Virus record (IMG/VR): IMGVR_UViG_3300040801_003393
Location: 32,001 to 96,000 of that record
Strand: one strand, 5' to 3'
Length of the DNA: 64,000 nt
DNA from: a virus
Part shown: piece after piece, positions 9,151 to 20,400 of the stretch
Layout: every line of letters begins with the position of its first letter
Position numbering within the stretch: position 1 is the stretch's first letter
Position numbers and translations under genes: made by a program
Notes under the pieces: generated by a model
What the model saw: the letters and a program-made list of their open reading frames with translations, nothing else
The model's database searches: none
What the model was told of the DNA's origin: nothing

Positions 9151-10512
9151 ATGGCAACTGACGCAGAAAAATTAAACAATGCAATTGTTCAAAGAAGACT
9201 TTACATAGAAAGTCAACAACGCCACGGCGGGGGATATAGCGGAAAAACTGCTGACGAAATATACAGTTCACCAGAATATAAGTCGCTAACAGAACAAGTT
9301 GAAATAGCTCGTCGCGAATACCTTTCTAGCAGAGGCAACGCCAATGGGCCTGCTATTGCTGATAATTCAACAACAACAGGCAATACGGGTATATCCGAAT
9401 CAGAATTTTCCAACTTACAAACCACCGTAACGGAACGGCCTGCGCTTAACGTACAAACCTTTGCTGCAACAGAACCGGCTCCATTTAGAGGTGTAGAGAT
9501 TGGTCCTGATGGCAGCCCAATAGCCAATTCAGATGTAGACCCAGCATTACTTGGAATCGATACATCGTCGCCGTTAGGTGATTTGACGGGAGATTTTGAA
9601 AATCTAGAATTTGCCGGGCAAGACGCCGACGGAAATGATATCTTAAATGTATTGCCCGGGTCAACGGTAATCAACCCACCACCAGAACCAGAACCAGTTG
9701 AACCATATTGGGAAGATTGGCGAGTTAGGTTAAGTCTAGGGCCATCTGCTAAAATTTTATACAAAACAGAGGATCCCACCGAAGCCGGGATCCTATATCC
9801 ATTGCGTGAAACCAACGGTCTTATTTTTCCGTACACTCCAAATATTGCAATTCAATATTCAGCTAATTATGAAAATTATGATCTAACACACAGCAATTAT
9901 CGTGGATATTTTTATAGAAATTCAGTGGTACAGAACATTCTTATTACTGCAACAATGACCGCACAAGATACACAAGAAGCAAACTATTTACTAGCTTCTT
10001 TGCATTTTTTAAGATCATGTACGAAAATGTTCTATGGGCAAGATATTCAACGAGGTATGCCTCCACCGGTGGTATTTTTGCATGGGTTAGGTGAATATCA
10101 TTTTCGCAACCACCCTTGCGTAATAACTAATGTTACATATAATTTACCGAATGATGTAGATTATATTCCGGCTGGAGTACCTTCGACTGTCGTCCCGACA
10201 AATAGATTCCAGCAAGGTAGTGCGGCCCATTCGGGACACATGTCGTGGAGTGGAAAGTTGACAAGGTTAATAGGCTCGGGTCTTCGAGAAGGCGGCGAAA
10301 AAGGAACAGGAACGCAACCAAACGGTGCACCAACACAAAGTCCTGATGATTTGGCTCAATTAACTAAAATTTACGAAGGCAAGACCTATGTACCTACAAA
10401 GATTGATCTAAACTTTACAATGTTGCCAATTCAGACGCGTGATCAGGTTAGTAATGAATTCTCGTTAAAAGATTATGCAAACGGCAAACTACTCAAGAAG
10501 GGGTTCTGGTAA
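9151..10512 (+). CDS. Baseplate/tail-tube initiator-like structural protein
   Basis: IFPYTP..THSNY..PPPVVFL..PCVITNV tube-fold-like core; first gene of the baseplate cluster; low-complexity N-terminus. Confidence 0.55.
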   Translation: MATDAEKLNNAIVQRRLYIESQQRHGGGYSGKTADEIYSSPEYKSLTEQVEIARREYLSSRGNANGPAIADNSTTTGNTGISESEFSNLQTTVTERPALNVQTFAATEPAPFRGVEIGPDGSPIANSDVDPALLGIDTSSPLGDLTGDFENLEFAGQDADGNDILNVLPGSTVINPPPEPEPVEPYWEDWRVRLSLGPSAKILYKTEDPTEAGILYPLRETNGLIFPYTPNIAIQYSANYENYDLTHSNYRGYFYRNSVVQNILITATMTAQDTQEANYLLASLHFLRSCTKMFYGQDIQRGMPPPVVFLHGLGEYHFRNHPCVITNVTYNLPNDVDYIPAGVPSTVVPTNRFQQGSAAHSGHMSWSGKLTRLIGSGLREGGEKGTGTQPNGAPTQSPDDLAQLTKIYEGKTYVPTKIDLNFTMLPIQTRDQVSNEFSLKDYANGKLLKKGFW

Positions 10513-10811
10513 TGGCTACATATAGATCAACAAGTGCGTATTCAGACACGCCATTGAATGGTTTCTATTTAGATACAATGGTGAATCGACCTATTCCAAA
10601 ATTTGCCGACGACGTTATTTTTACTATTAATCAAACGTATGAGTATAGGCCAGATTTGTTAGCATATGACTTATACAATGATGCTGATTTATGGTGGGTC
10701 TTTGCCCAACGCAACCCAAATGTATTAATTAACCCGTTATTAGATTTTAAGGTAGGTGTTACTATTTTTGTACCAAAACTAACTACATTACGATCAGTAT
10801 TAGGATTCTAA
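10512..10811 (+). CDS. Baseplate wedge protein, gp53/LysM-like
   Basis: YRPDLLAYDLY...LWWVFAQRN motif. Confidence 0.75.
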   Translation: MATYRSTSAYSDTPLNGFYLDTMVNRPIPKFADDVIFTINQTYEYRPDLLAYDLYNDADLWWVFAQRNPNVLINPLLDFKVGVTIFVPKLTTLRSVLGF

Positions 10812-10812
10812 T

Positions 10813-13800
10813 ATGGCTGTCGGAAAGTTATCGAGCCCAGCGCAACAAAAATTAAAAGAGGCCATTGCAGCCCGAGAGTCTGGCGGCGCAGGTGACTTAC
10901 GTGCGGTCAATGATTTGAATTATATTGGAAGGTACCAATTTGGCGCCGCTGCATTAGAAGATACCGGATATTTAAAACCAAATGCAAGTAAAGGCGGCAA
11001 TAAATCAATCTATAATCAAACAAACTGGACCGGCAAAGATAATGTAACTAGTGTTGACAAGTTTTTAACAAACGAAGCCGCTCAAGAAAATGCAATGGAT
11101 TCGTTGTTATCGTTAAATTATCAGAGAGGTGCCAAGCTGGGTGTTATTAATGCAGACACTAGCCCTGAGGTATTGGGCGGCTTTTTATCAGCAGCTCACT
11201 TAGGCGGCGCCGGCAATGCTGCAAACTTCTTTAAGAATGGCGCTACATTTAGAGATGCATTCGGAACAAACATTGCCGAGTATGCAAAAATAGGATCAAC
11301 AGCCGTACGATCGGCGCAACAATCGTTGTCAAATTTAGTAGCGCCGCCACCAACATCAGCAGCATTAGATTTAGTAGACCCAAGAACCCCCGAGCAAATT
11401 GTAGAAGACGAAGCGAATCTAATAGACCCGCCACCTCTTGTTCCACGCACAGTTAACAGTGACGATAGCGGAGTAATGCGAATTGGAGTTAGAGGAGGGG
11501 AAGATCTAGGCTGCAAAGACTCCAGGCTTGCAAGTAGTCAACTTGCTTATGATCGCAACGAATGTCCCGAGCCAGACGTATTTGAAGTTCCGTTTTCCCC
11601 AACTCCTAATAGATTCAAAGCATTTAACACTATGACATATTCCGTTAGCCTATATATCTTAGGGCAAGAAGAATATAAACGGATGATGGCAACTGGTAAA
11701 AAATCAGTTAAAGACTTAGTATTGTTTATGCAAAGTGGTGGTATATCAAATACCCCGGGCGACGAATATAATTTTGGCGCTAAACGATCAAAACATTTTC
11801 CGCAAGATTTTTATATAGATAATTTGCAATTAAAAGGGCTAGTGTCAGGTACAGCAACCAACGCTGCACATAATGTATTTGAGATGAATTTTACGGTTAC
11901 TGAACCGGCTGGGTTAACGTTTCTAGAACGACTTCAGGCAATGATTCATGATTATCAACAAGAACTAGCACAAAAACGAGGGATGCCATTTGAATCTAAT
12001 CAGGTAAATTATGCAGCACAAACATATTTGGCTGTAATACGATTTTATGGTTATGATAAAGAAGGAAATCAGATCTCTGGCAAGGATTTAGAAACTGGAG
12101 AAACATTAAGCGATTCGGTTGCTATTGCTGAAAAATTTATTCCTTTTATGTTTACAAATATTACTTTTCGACTATCTTCCGACAAGGTAGAGTATTCATG
12201 TACCACCGTCTGTCCAAATAGTATGACGCCTTTAGATTTTACGCATGCCAGAATCCCGTTTAATGCATCCTTTCAAGGAAACACAGTTAAAGATATACTA
12301 GTTGGCAAATCTGCAACCAATGGAAACGCGGTGCAAGGGCTAACTGAAATGTTAAACGAGCATCAAAAAAAGTTAGCTAAAGATAACAAGTATGAGCATC
12401 ACGACATTTACGAGATACATTTTGAAAACGACATTGGTTTAGACACTGCAACAGTCATGCAACCCGGCTCTACTAGAGCAGAGCGTACCGGCTTTGCAAG
12501 TATTGATAACGCCACAGAAAGTTTATTAAATGACAGGTTGCAAAAAAAGTTAAGAAATTACGAAGTACGGTCTGGGATGAGTATAGTTCAATTTATAGAT
12601 TTGGTACTGAGAACCAGTTCATATATTACCGAACAGTACGAACAGCCTATAGATGAAAATACCGGCGAGCCAATGGTTGGCAATAGTAAATCTAAATATC
12701 TTAAATGGTATAAAATTAATACCGAAGTGGAATTATTAGATTTTGATAAGATTCGTAATGATTATGCTTACAAAATTAAGTATGTCATTACGCGATATAA
12801 GGTTGATAGTGTTTCAAGCCCATATTTTTCTCAATTTAATAAAGAATGTTTTGGTATTCACAAAGAATATAATTTCTGGTTTACCGGGCTTAACACTGAA
12901 GTATTAAATTTCCATCAAGATTATAACTATCTATGGTATACGTCGATTGCAGTAAAAACTGATCCTAAGATTATGGAAAAGAATATGAATAATCTAAGGT
13001 CTGTTCAGCGCCGATTTTTCGAAACTAATTCAATTATGAACGACCAGGGCGGTGAAAACAAATCTGCCGAAGGCGCAGCAAATGCCGCTAGTGAGTTGTA
13101 TAGTCCGGGAGATCAAGCAACTGCAAGATTTGAAATAGTTGGTGACCCAGATTTCATTTGTCAAAGCGAGATTTTTTATGGACCTTTACAACGATTAAAT
13201 TCTCCATCGCCGCATGCACCATTTATGCCCGACGGGTCAGTGAATTATGATTCGTCGGAAGTATTTTTTACTATAAATTATAATACAGTAGTTGACTATG
13301 ACTTATCGACTGGGTTAGCAGATGTTAACCAAAATAATTTAGGCAGGGATTTAACAACCGGAAAACCGGGTTTGTCAAAACATAGTTTCGTTTACAGAGC
13401 GAATGTAGTGACGAGCCAATTCGAAGGCGGGAAATTTACGCAGGTACTCGAAGGGACCATGATGTTTGTTCCACCAGAATGTTTGGTTGCAATAAAATCA
13501 GAATCAGTGACTAACAGAGAGGACGATGCTAGCAACACAACCGCAGAGCTATCTGGGAAATTAAATAACCCGGCCTTAAAGGTCGATTCGTTGTCTGAAT
13601 CAGACACACGACTCAAATATCCGTCGGATGCAACTGATTTGACAGATTTGACTGCAACAAACACAAACATAACAATGTCAAACGATCTTGTCATTAACAA
13701 CGGAATTGCAAGCGACACTCCACGATTAACGAAGGCCAATAACGACAGTTTAACAGTGCCGACCGCATACACGCCAACAGCTCAAGATAAGGCGAGCGCA

Positions 13801-13971
13801 ACCGAGTTATTGCAACAGGCCAGCCAGGTGGAAAGTGCCGCTAATAGGATAGCTGAAATAGACAGAAGCATAGGTGTCGATCCAAATAATGATCCTGCGT
13901 ATATTCAAGGCTTGCAATCAGCAGCAAGAATGCGTAGACGAGCTCAAGAAATATTGAGAGGGATGGCATAA
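10813..13971 (+). CDS. Baseplate hub-like protein with N-terminal lysozyme-like domain
   Basis: N-terminal ARESGG..N..YIGRYQFG..AAHLGG; C-terminal ARFEIVGDP...FTQVL hub-like region; position between gp53-like and gp5-like genes. Confidence 0.65.
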   Translation: MAVGKLSSPAQQKLKEAIAARESGGAGDLRAVNDLNYIGRYQFGAAALEDTGYLKPNASKGGNKSIYNQTNWTGKDNVTSVDKFLTNEAAQENAMDSLLSLNYQRGAKLGVINADTSPEVLGGFLSAAHLGGAGNAANFFKNGATFRDAFGTNIAEYAKIGSTAVRSAQQSLSNLVAPPPTSAALDLVDPRTPEQIVEDEANLIDPPPLVPRTVNSDDSGVMRIGVRGGEDLGCKDSRLASSQLAYDRNECPEPDVFEVPFSPTPNRFKAFNTMTYSVSLYILGQEEYKRMMATGKKSVKDLVLFMQSGGISNTPGDEYNFGAKRSKHFPQDFYIDNLQLKGLVSGTATNAAHNVFEMNFTVTEPAGLTFLERLQAMIHDYQQELAQKRGMPFESNQVNYAAQTYLAVIRFYGYDKEGNQISGKDLETGETLSDSVAIAEKFIPFMFTNITFRLSSDKVEYSCTTVCPNSMTPLDFTHARIPFNASFQGNTVKDILVGKSATNGNAVQGLTEMLNEHQKKLAKDNKYEHHDIYEIHFENDIGLDTATVMQPGSTRAERTGFASIDNATESLLNDRLQKKLRNYEVRSGMSIVQFIDLVLRTSSYITEQYEQPIDENTGEPMVGNSKSKYLKWYKINTEVELLDFDKIRNDYAYKIKYVITRYKVDSVSSPYFSQFNKECFGIHKEYNFWFTGLNTEVLNFHQDYNYLWYTSIAVKTDPKIMEKNMNNLRSVQRRFFETNSIMNDQGGENKSAEGAANAASELYSPGDQATARFEIVGDPDFICQSEIFYGPLQRLNSPSPHAPFMPDGSVNYDSSEVFFTINYNTVVDYDLSTGLADVNQNNLGRDLTTGKPGLSKHSFVYRANVVTSQFEGGKFTQVLEGTMMFVPPECLVAIKSESVTNREDDASNTTAELSGKLNNPALKVDSLSESDTRLKYPSDATDLTDLTATNTNITMSNDLVINNGIASDTPRLTKANNDSLTVPTAYTPTAQDKASATELLQQASQVESAANRIAEIDRSIGVDPNNDPAYIQGLQSAARMRRRAQEILRGMA

Positions 13972-14043
13972 TGACAGGACAAATTGCAAGTGATGTTTTT
14001 GATAGCATTGAAGTAACACTAACTAACATAGATGATTTAACAA

Positions 14044-17034
14044 ATGGCTCAGGATAACCCAGGACAAACTTTAGGATTACCAAGATCGGCCCGCAATGAT
14101 AGAGGCGGAGTTCCTGCCGACAGCGGTCCATATATTGGTGTTGTAATGGATAACAAGGATGCGACAAGGACAGGTCGCGTGCGAGTTTGGCTCAAATCGC
14201 ACAGTGCTGATGATAAGAAAAACCCTGCACATTGGCGTGTCGTCCGCTACCTCTCGCCATTTTTTGGTTATACTCCTCACGATTTATTAACCGAAGCCGA
14301 ATCAAATTTTGAAAATAATAGTCATGCATATGGTATGTGGGCCACAGCACCAGATCTCGGTGTAGAAGTGTTGTGCTTTTTTGTCGACGGCGATCCAAAC
14401 AAAGGGTACTATATCGGGTATGTCCCTCAACCACAAATGAACCACATGGTTCCCGGTACCGGAGCGCAACCAAACCCTTCAGGAGTTATTTTTAATAATG
14501 CGACGCAAGAATCTGCATTTGCAAATGCATCTCAACTACCAACAGTTGAGATGGATCGATCAAAGGAAGGAATTGAAGATAGCAAGTTTGTAGAAAGACC
14601 AAAGCCAGTGCATTCGGTGGTGGCAGCTCAGATGTGGCAGGCCGGAACAATTACAGATAATACTCGCGGCCCAATAACATCGTCTGCTCAAAGAGAATCA
14701 CCTAGTTATACATACGGAATATCTACTCCTGGAAGACCAATATTACAATCAGGATTAACTGAAGCAACTATTAAATCTGCATTAGGCAATATTTCAACAA
14801 AAGACTTAGTTGTTCAAGGTCGACGTGGTGGCCATTCGTTTATAATGGATGATGGCACCCTCGAAGGCAAAGATGTATTAATGCGGTTAAGAACATCAAC
14901 TGGTCATCAAATTTTGCTAAGTGATGACGGTGCAGTAATACACATAATGCACGCCAATGGTCAGACCTGGATAGAGTTAGGTAATGAAGGAACAGTTGAT
15001 GTTTATGCAGCAAACTCTATCAATTTACGTTCTCAAGGCGAAGTAAACATTCATGCTGACAAAAATATTAATATGCACTCTGAGCAAGATATTAGATTCT
15101 ATGCTAAGCGTGATATTAAAATGGAAAGCGATAGTGAATTTAGTATTATTGGAAAGCAAAAACTAACATCATATAGTGAAAAAGCAATTGAGGTAAAGAG
15201 TGACGGAACATTAAAGACACAGTCCGCGGCAAAAACTTCAATTAAAGCTGGAGAAAATATTGTTCAAGAAGGTAAAGAAATAAGATTAAATTGCGAAGCA
15301 GCGGATGTTACCAAGAAGCCGGCGCTAATAGAAAAAAATAATTTCTTTGATACCGTTTTTGAATTGCCGACTGGATGGGTAGCAAAGCCTGTTATGTTAA
15401 AAACAATAACTAGTAGAGCCCCATCCCACGAGCCATATGCATATCATAATCAGGGTGTACCTGTTAAGGTAAAACTTGAAGGACCAACACCTCCCCCACC
15501 GGCCCCGCCAAAGACCGCGGCAAAAGTTGAAGCAGCGGCAGAAAAACCAGTGGTTAATCCAGTGACCACCGCAGAAGTGGTTAAACAAGGACAGGCATTA
15601 GGCGAGGTTAAAGAAATTGCCGGCATGGGGAAACAAGAAGTAGTGTCAATGATTGCTCAGCAAGCTAAGAATGTTAGTCAGCCTCTTGATGCAATAACTG
15701 ATAAAGGTATAGGAAAGTTTGGCATTAAGGCCGAGACATTAGAGTCGCTGGGGCTAATTAAACCCGGGTTAGCAGACTTGAAACAATTATCTGCGGCACA
15801 ATTACAGTCATTTTTAGATGATGCGTCGGTGTTTACTGGCAAAGATGGAATTAATTCATTACAAGATATTTTAACAAGCGAAAAGTTACAAGGCACAATT
15901 GTACAAAATGGAATGGAATTTGCATTTAACGAATTAAAAGCAACCGGCATATTAACCGGCCTCGAAAAAGTACAAGACATGGCAGGTATATTAAATGGAG
16001 CAATGAATGCTAGCCCAGGCGATTTAGTGGATTGGGTTAAAGGTAAGGCCAGTGGTGCGATCAATGAAGTATTAGATGTTGCTGCAAATGCTGGTCAGTT
16101 TGCAGCAAACTTAGCAGAAAAAGCCGGAGACTTAATTAACAATTCACTGTCGGGTGTACAGGCTATTGCGGCGTCGGCTTCTAAGTCAATACATGATCTA
16201 GTAGGAACCGTAGAGAGAGCAAACGTAGATGCGGCTGTTGACAACCTAATAAGCAATGCCAAGATTCCTTCCTTTGCAACAGTGTCTAAGACTATACAAA
16301 GTCAAATTAAGTTAGCATCGGGAGAAGTTATAGGTGCAATTGACGCCGCAGGCAATTTAGTAGACGCGGCTGGTAATATTGCTGTATCTGCGCAAAATAT
16401 AACAAACAACCTGACAGGAACATTAGAAAATCTAACAGGGAACTTAGCAGGTAGTCTTGATAATCTAACAGGGAACTTAATTGGAAATGTCACTGGCAAC
16501 TTAACCGATATAACGAATAGTTTAACTGGGAGTCTAACAGATTTAACTGGTAATCTAGGTAATATAACAGACCTAACCAGCAGTTTGTCTGGCGGCTTAA
16601 CAGGTATTACTGGCAGTTTGTCTGGCGGCTTAACAGGTATTACTGGATCTGCTGGGAATGTATTTGGTTCCTCTGAGGTGGGCAATTTACCAGTCGATTC
16701 GTCAAAGTTGCTTGGAACGACGGTTAGCGTGTCTGACGTCTATAGTCCAGGCGGCGAGTCCATCACACAATCGGAGCCTGCGGTGGCCTGGGCCGACCGA
16801 TCAGCCCCTGCAGATGGTTGCTATTGCTCTAATAGAAAATATTCAAATAAAGCCGAATGCAATGCCAACGGTCATACCTGGATATGCAATAATGGGCAAG
16901 ATAAATATTACTATGATGGACAAACCTGGTTGGCTAGTCAAGGTTATAATAATACAACATTTAGAGACCCAAGCAAAAAACCATTAACTAAACCAAAGAA
17001 TAGTAAAACATTTAGTTGGGCTTCAGAATTATGA
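14044..17034 (+). CDS. Baseplate central spike, gp5/VgrG-like, with long C-terminal extension
   Basis: YIGVV...D..RTGRVRV OB fold, PDLGVEVL, GHSFIMDD, RTSTGHQ, beta-helix repeats. Confidence 0.8.
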   Translation: MAQDNPGQTLGLPRSARNDRGGVPADSGPYIGVVMDNKDATRTGRVRVWLKSHSADDKKNPAHWRVVRYLSPFFGYTPHDLLTEAESNFENNSHAYGMWATAPDLGVEVLCFFVDGDPNKGYYIGYVPQPQMNHMVPGTGAQPNPSGVIFNNATQESAFANASQLPTVEMDRSKEGIEDSKFVERPKPVHSVVAAQMWQAGTITDNTRGPITSSAQRESPSYTYGISTPGRPILQSGLTEATIKSALGNISTKDLVVQGRRGGHSFIMDDGTLEGKDVLMRLRTSTGHQILLSDDGAVIHIMHANGQTWIELGNEGTVDVYAANSINLRSQGEVNIHADKNINMHSEQDIRFYAKRDIKMESDSEFSIIGKQKLTSYSEKAIEVKSDGTLKTQSAAKTSIKAGENIVQEGKEIRLNCEAADVTKKPALIEKNNFFDTVFELPTGWVAKPVMLKTITSRAPSHEPYAYHNQGVPVKVKLEGPTPPPPAPPKTAAKVEAAAEKPVVNPVTTAEVVKQGQALGEVKEIAGMGKQEVVSMIAQQAKNVSQPLDAITDKGIGKFGIKAETLESLGLIKPGLADLKQLSAAQLQSFLDDASVFTGKDGINSLQDILTSEKLQGTIVQNGMEFAFNELKATGILTGLEKVQDMAGILNGAMNASPGDLVDWVKGKASGAINEVLDVAANAGQFAANLAEKAGDLINNSLSGVQAIAASASKSIHDLVGTVERANVDAAVDNLISNAKIPSFATVSKTIQSQIKLASGEVIGAIDAAGNLVDAAGNIAVSAQNITNNLTGTLENLTGNLAGSLDNLTGNLIGNVTGNLTDITNSLTGSLTDLTGNLGNITDLTSSLSGGLTGITGSLSGGLTGITGSAGNVFGSSEVGNLPVDSSKLLGTTVSVSDVYSPGGESITQSEPAVAWADRSAPADGCYCSNRKYSNKAECNANGHTWICNNGQDKYYYDGQTWLASQGYNNTTFRDPSKKPLTKPKNSKTFSWASEL
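16580..16646 (+). repeat. 33-bp perfect tandem duplication within an 11-aa repeat tract
   Basis: gcagtttgtctggcggcttaacaggtattactg x2; degenerate 33-nt periodicity extends back to ~16400. Confidence 0.9.
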
Positions 17035-17408
17035 CAACATTTAAAGGATTTAATACCATTGGTCAATTTAAAAAGTTTGGGTTAACTGACTTTGATCTAA
17101 TTAAGCGTGATTTATTAAATGCATTCTTAATTCGTGAGGGCGAGGTTCCAGGACGGCCCGACCTTGGATCTAAAATTTGGAACTTTGTTTTTGAACCGCT
17201 TAATAGAGAAATACGCGATCAAATTGATAACGAAGTAAGACGTATCGTCGGGTCGGACCCACGTCTAGGTATTGATCGCTTAGATATATCAACTAACCAT
17301 AATACAGTCGTTGTAGAAGTAGCCGTAACTGTCCGACCGGAAATGAGTGCAGAACGACTCATTTTAGTTTTTGATCAAAATGTAGAGTCATTAAATATCT
17401 ACTCATAA
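17031..17408 (+). CDS. gp25: Baseplate wedge gp25-like
   Basis: DLLN..IREGE..GRPDLGS.IW..VFEP..DPR; ATGA overlap with the previous stop. Confidence 0.85.
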   Translation: MTTFKGFNTIGQFKKFGLTDFDLIKRDLLNAFLIREGEVPGRPDLGSKIWNFVFEPLNREIRDQIDNEVRRIVGSDPRLGIDRLDISTNHNTVVVEVAVTVRPEMSAERLILVFDQNVESLNIYS

Positions 17409-17430
17409 ACTACCCAGTTAATTTATCTCC

Positions 17431-17437
17431 ATAAATA
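17431..17437 (+). promoter_or_regulatory. T4-type late promoter
   Basis: ATAAATA upstream of the gp6-like gene. Confidence 0.7.
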
Positions 17438-17455
17438 ATGCAACAGAGGTAAATT

Positions 17456-20400
17456 ATGGCTACTACGTCGAGGCAGACCAGTTTATTTGGTGTAGAAGAT
17501 TGGAAAAGAATTTATAAGACCTATAAAGAAGCAGATTTCCAATCGTATAATTTTGAAACATTACGCAAAACATTCATTGATTATTTGCGTCAGCACCACC
17601 CAGAAAGTTTTAACGACTATACTGAGAGCTCAGAATTTATTGCAATCTTAGATTTGATTGCATTTATGGGACAGTCGTTAAGTTTCCGTAATGATTTAAA
17701 TACCAGGGAAAACTTCTTAGATACAGCAGAACGCCGTGATTCTGTAACTCGTTTAGCGAAACTGGTAGGCTATACACCAAAACGCAATGAAGCAGCAAAT
17801 GGCTTTTTGAAAGTCGCAGCCATTTCTACGACCGAAAATATCGTAGACTATAACAGAAACCAGCTCGCAAATTCTGTCATACGTTGGAACGACAAGACCA
17901 ACGAAGATTGGCAGGAACAGTTTGCCACAGTATTAAACGCAGTATTAGTTAATAGCCAACGCATCGGTCAACCAGGCCGGTCGGCTACTATTGTTGGTGT
18001 CAAAACCGACGAATATCAGATAAGAATGGCCGAGGGCTTTTTACCAGTAATACCATTTAGCGCCACAGTTGATGGGGTTAGAATGGACTTTGAGGTAGTT
18101 AATGCTACATCAACTGGTAAAACATATTTGTATGAACCAGCACCGCGCACAAATGGTCCGTTGAACATTTTGTATCGAGACGACAAATTAGGTTTCAGTA
18201 GCCCCGACACAGGATTTTTCTTTCATTTTAAACAAGGACTATTGCAACGTCAAGATTTTACTTTATCGGATCGAATTGCTAATAGATCAGTTGACGTTAA
18301 CATTCCTGGTACAAACAACGAGGATGTTTGGCTGTATGAAATTGGTTCCGGCAGTAATACATTATGGACAGAAGTTGAAAGCATCTATTCGTCGCAGTCC
18401 TCTCAGACTGAAATTGATGATCGTAGATTTTATTCCATTACCAGTCGAACAGATGATCAAATTACATTAAACTTTGGAGATGGTGTATTTTCAACCATAC
18501 CGATCGGCACATTTAGATGTTATGCTAGATCATCCAATGGTTTAGAATATATTATTAACACCAGCGAAATACAGAATGTAGATATCGAAGTTCGATACAT
18601 TAGTAAACTTGGGAGAGCAGAAACCGCGACCTTTACTTTAGCATTAACCAACCCTGTCAGCAACGCGAAAAATAGAGAAAATTTAACCGATATTAAACGC
18701 CGAGCTCCTGCTAGATTCTATACACAGAATCGTATGGTAAATGGTGAGGATTATAACAATTTCCCATTCACAAACTATGGTAGTATTATTAAAAGCAAAG
18801 CAATTAACCGTGCAACCATTGGCACCAGCCGTTATCTTGACTTAATTGATCCAACTGGAAAATATTCAAGCATTAATACATTTGGTGCAGACGGTATGCT
18901 TTATCAGGACTTATCTGAATCGTCCTTTACATTTACCTTCAATGATCGTAATGATATACAGTCAGTAATTGTAAATCAGGTTGAGCCATTAATTAGTAAA
19001 AGAGGAACAATTCATTTTTACTATGATCAGTTCTCCCGGGTACCATTGGATACGTTAAGTATTTTCTGGAACCAGAGCACTACGTTTACAAACGAGACGA
19101 CCGGATATTTTAAAAATTCAGTAGGCACGCCATTGCCGATTGCTTCATTTGTCAACGATAACCGAAAGTATATTGTTAGTGGCGCGTTGGTTAAATTTGT
19201 ACCGCCAACTGGTTCTCACTTTAATGTCAATAATCGAATTGAACCCGGATTACCAGTGAAAGCAACGGATAAGTTGGAAATATGGGCAAGTGTTCTTGAC
19301 ATATATCTCGACGGAACAAACTTCGGTGTTGGTAACTTTGATGATGGGTCCGGCCCAATTAAACTTAATAACTTCGTACCGTCGGGTGCGGTTCCAATGG
19401 AAATTATTTTGCCTTATAAGACCGATTTACCAGCTTCGTTAGAACAAGATATGTTGGTAGAAATTGAGCTATATCGTAATTTGGGACTGGGGTACGATCA
19501 TATTAATAATGAATGGTACTTGATCACTCACGATAATATTGACCTTGATGGTGAGTTTAGTATAGTCAATGCTCGTGCAACAAACAATTTAAATAACGAT
19601 GCAAGTTGGCTAATTAAGTTTGAGTCAACCATTACAGGATATGTAGTAACTTCTAGAACACTTAACTACTATTTTGCTAGTGTATTAGAAACTAGATTTT
19701 TCTTCGAGGGTAATCGTAAAATTTACGATCCCAAGACAGGAAAAATAGTTAATGATTTTATTAAAATACTAAAAACAAATGCTGCGCCAGACGATAACCG
19801 ATCATTGAGTTCTGACATTGTATTAGATATAATTGATCAGAGTGTCGAGTCAGATGGATATATCAATGACTTCAACGTTGAGGTAAGTTTTACTGATAAT
19901 GATAGTGACGGCTTAGCAGATGATCCAGATTTCTTTAAGAAATTTGTAAACCCCGACGTTAATATAAATGACAAAAAAGTATTCTTCCAGTCAACAGTTG
20001 ACTTTGATAATCTCGAACGTTGGTTACCGGTGGCTCCAGGATCTATTAATTCAGAATACCCAACCGGCACAATTATAGGACAAGTAAAGACAGAGTATCC
20101 AGCTGGAACAGTGTTCTATGCATTTGAAGAAGATAAGTTTTATAGTTTAGATGTCAATGGAATTGCGCGAGAGGTTAACGAACGCTCGGACTATATTGCT
20201 CGGGTTGGCCGAGGGGACATACAGTTCCAGTATAGGCACAATGCGCCAGACTCAAGACGTATAAACCCTGGGGTTTCAAACATCATCGATGTATATGTTG
20301 TAACTTCCGCATATTATGAGGCTTATAGAAGATATATTCAGGATACAACAAATAGAGTTCAACAACCGGCAGCCCCAACAACTGATCAGCTAACAGTCGA

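Noticed and set aside
9213-9836. 207-aa antisense ORF, and similar shadows at 29955-30518, 35977-36435 and 58618-59127
   Set aside because: Antisense to well-supported genes; composition mirrors the sense codons
16400-16650. 33-nt repeats as a CRISPR or DGR element
   Set aside because: In-frame coding tandem repeats without spacers; no cas or reverse-transcriptase gene in the window
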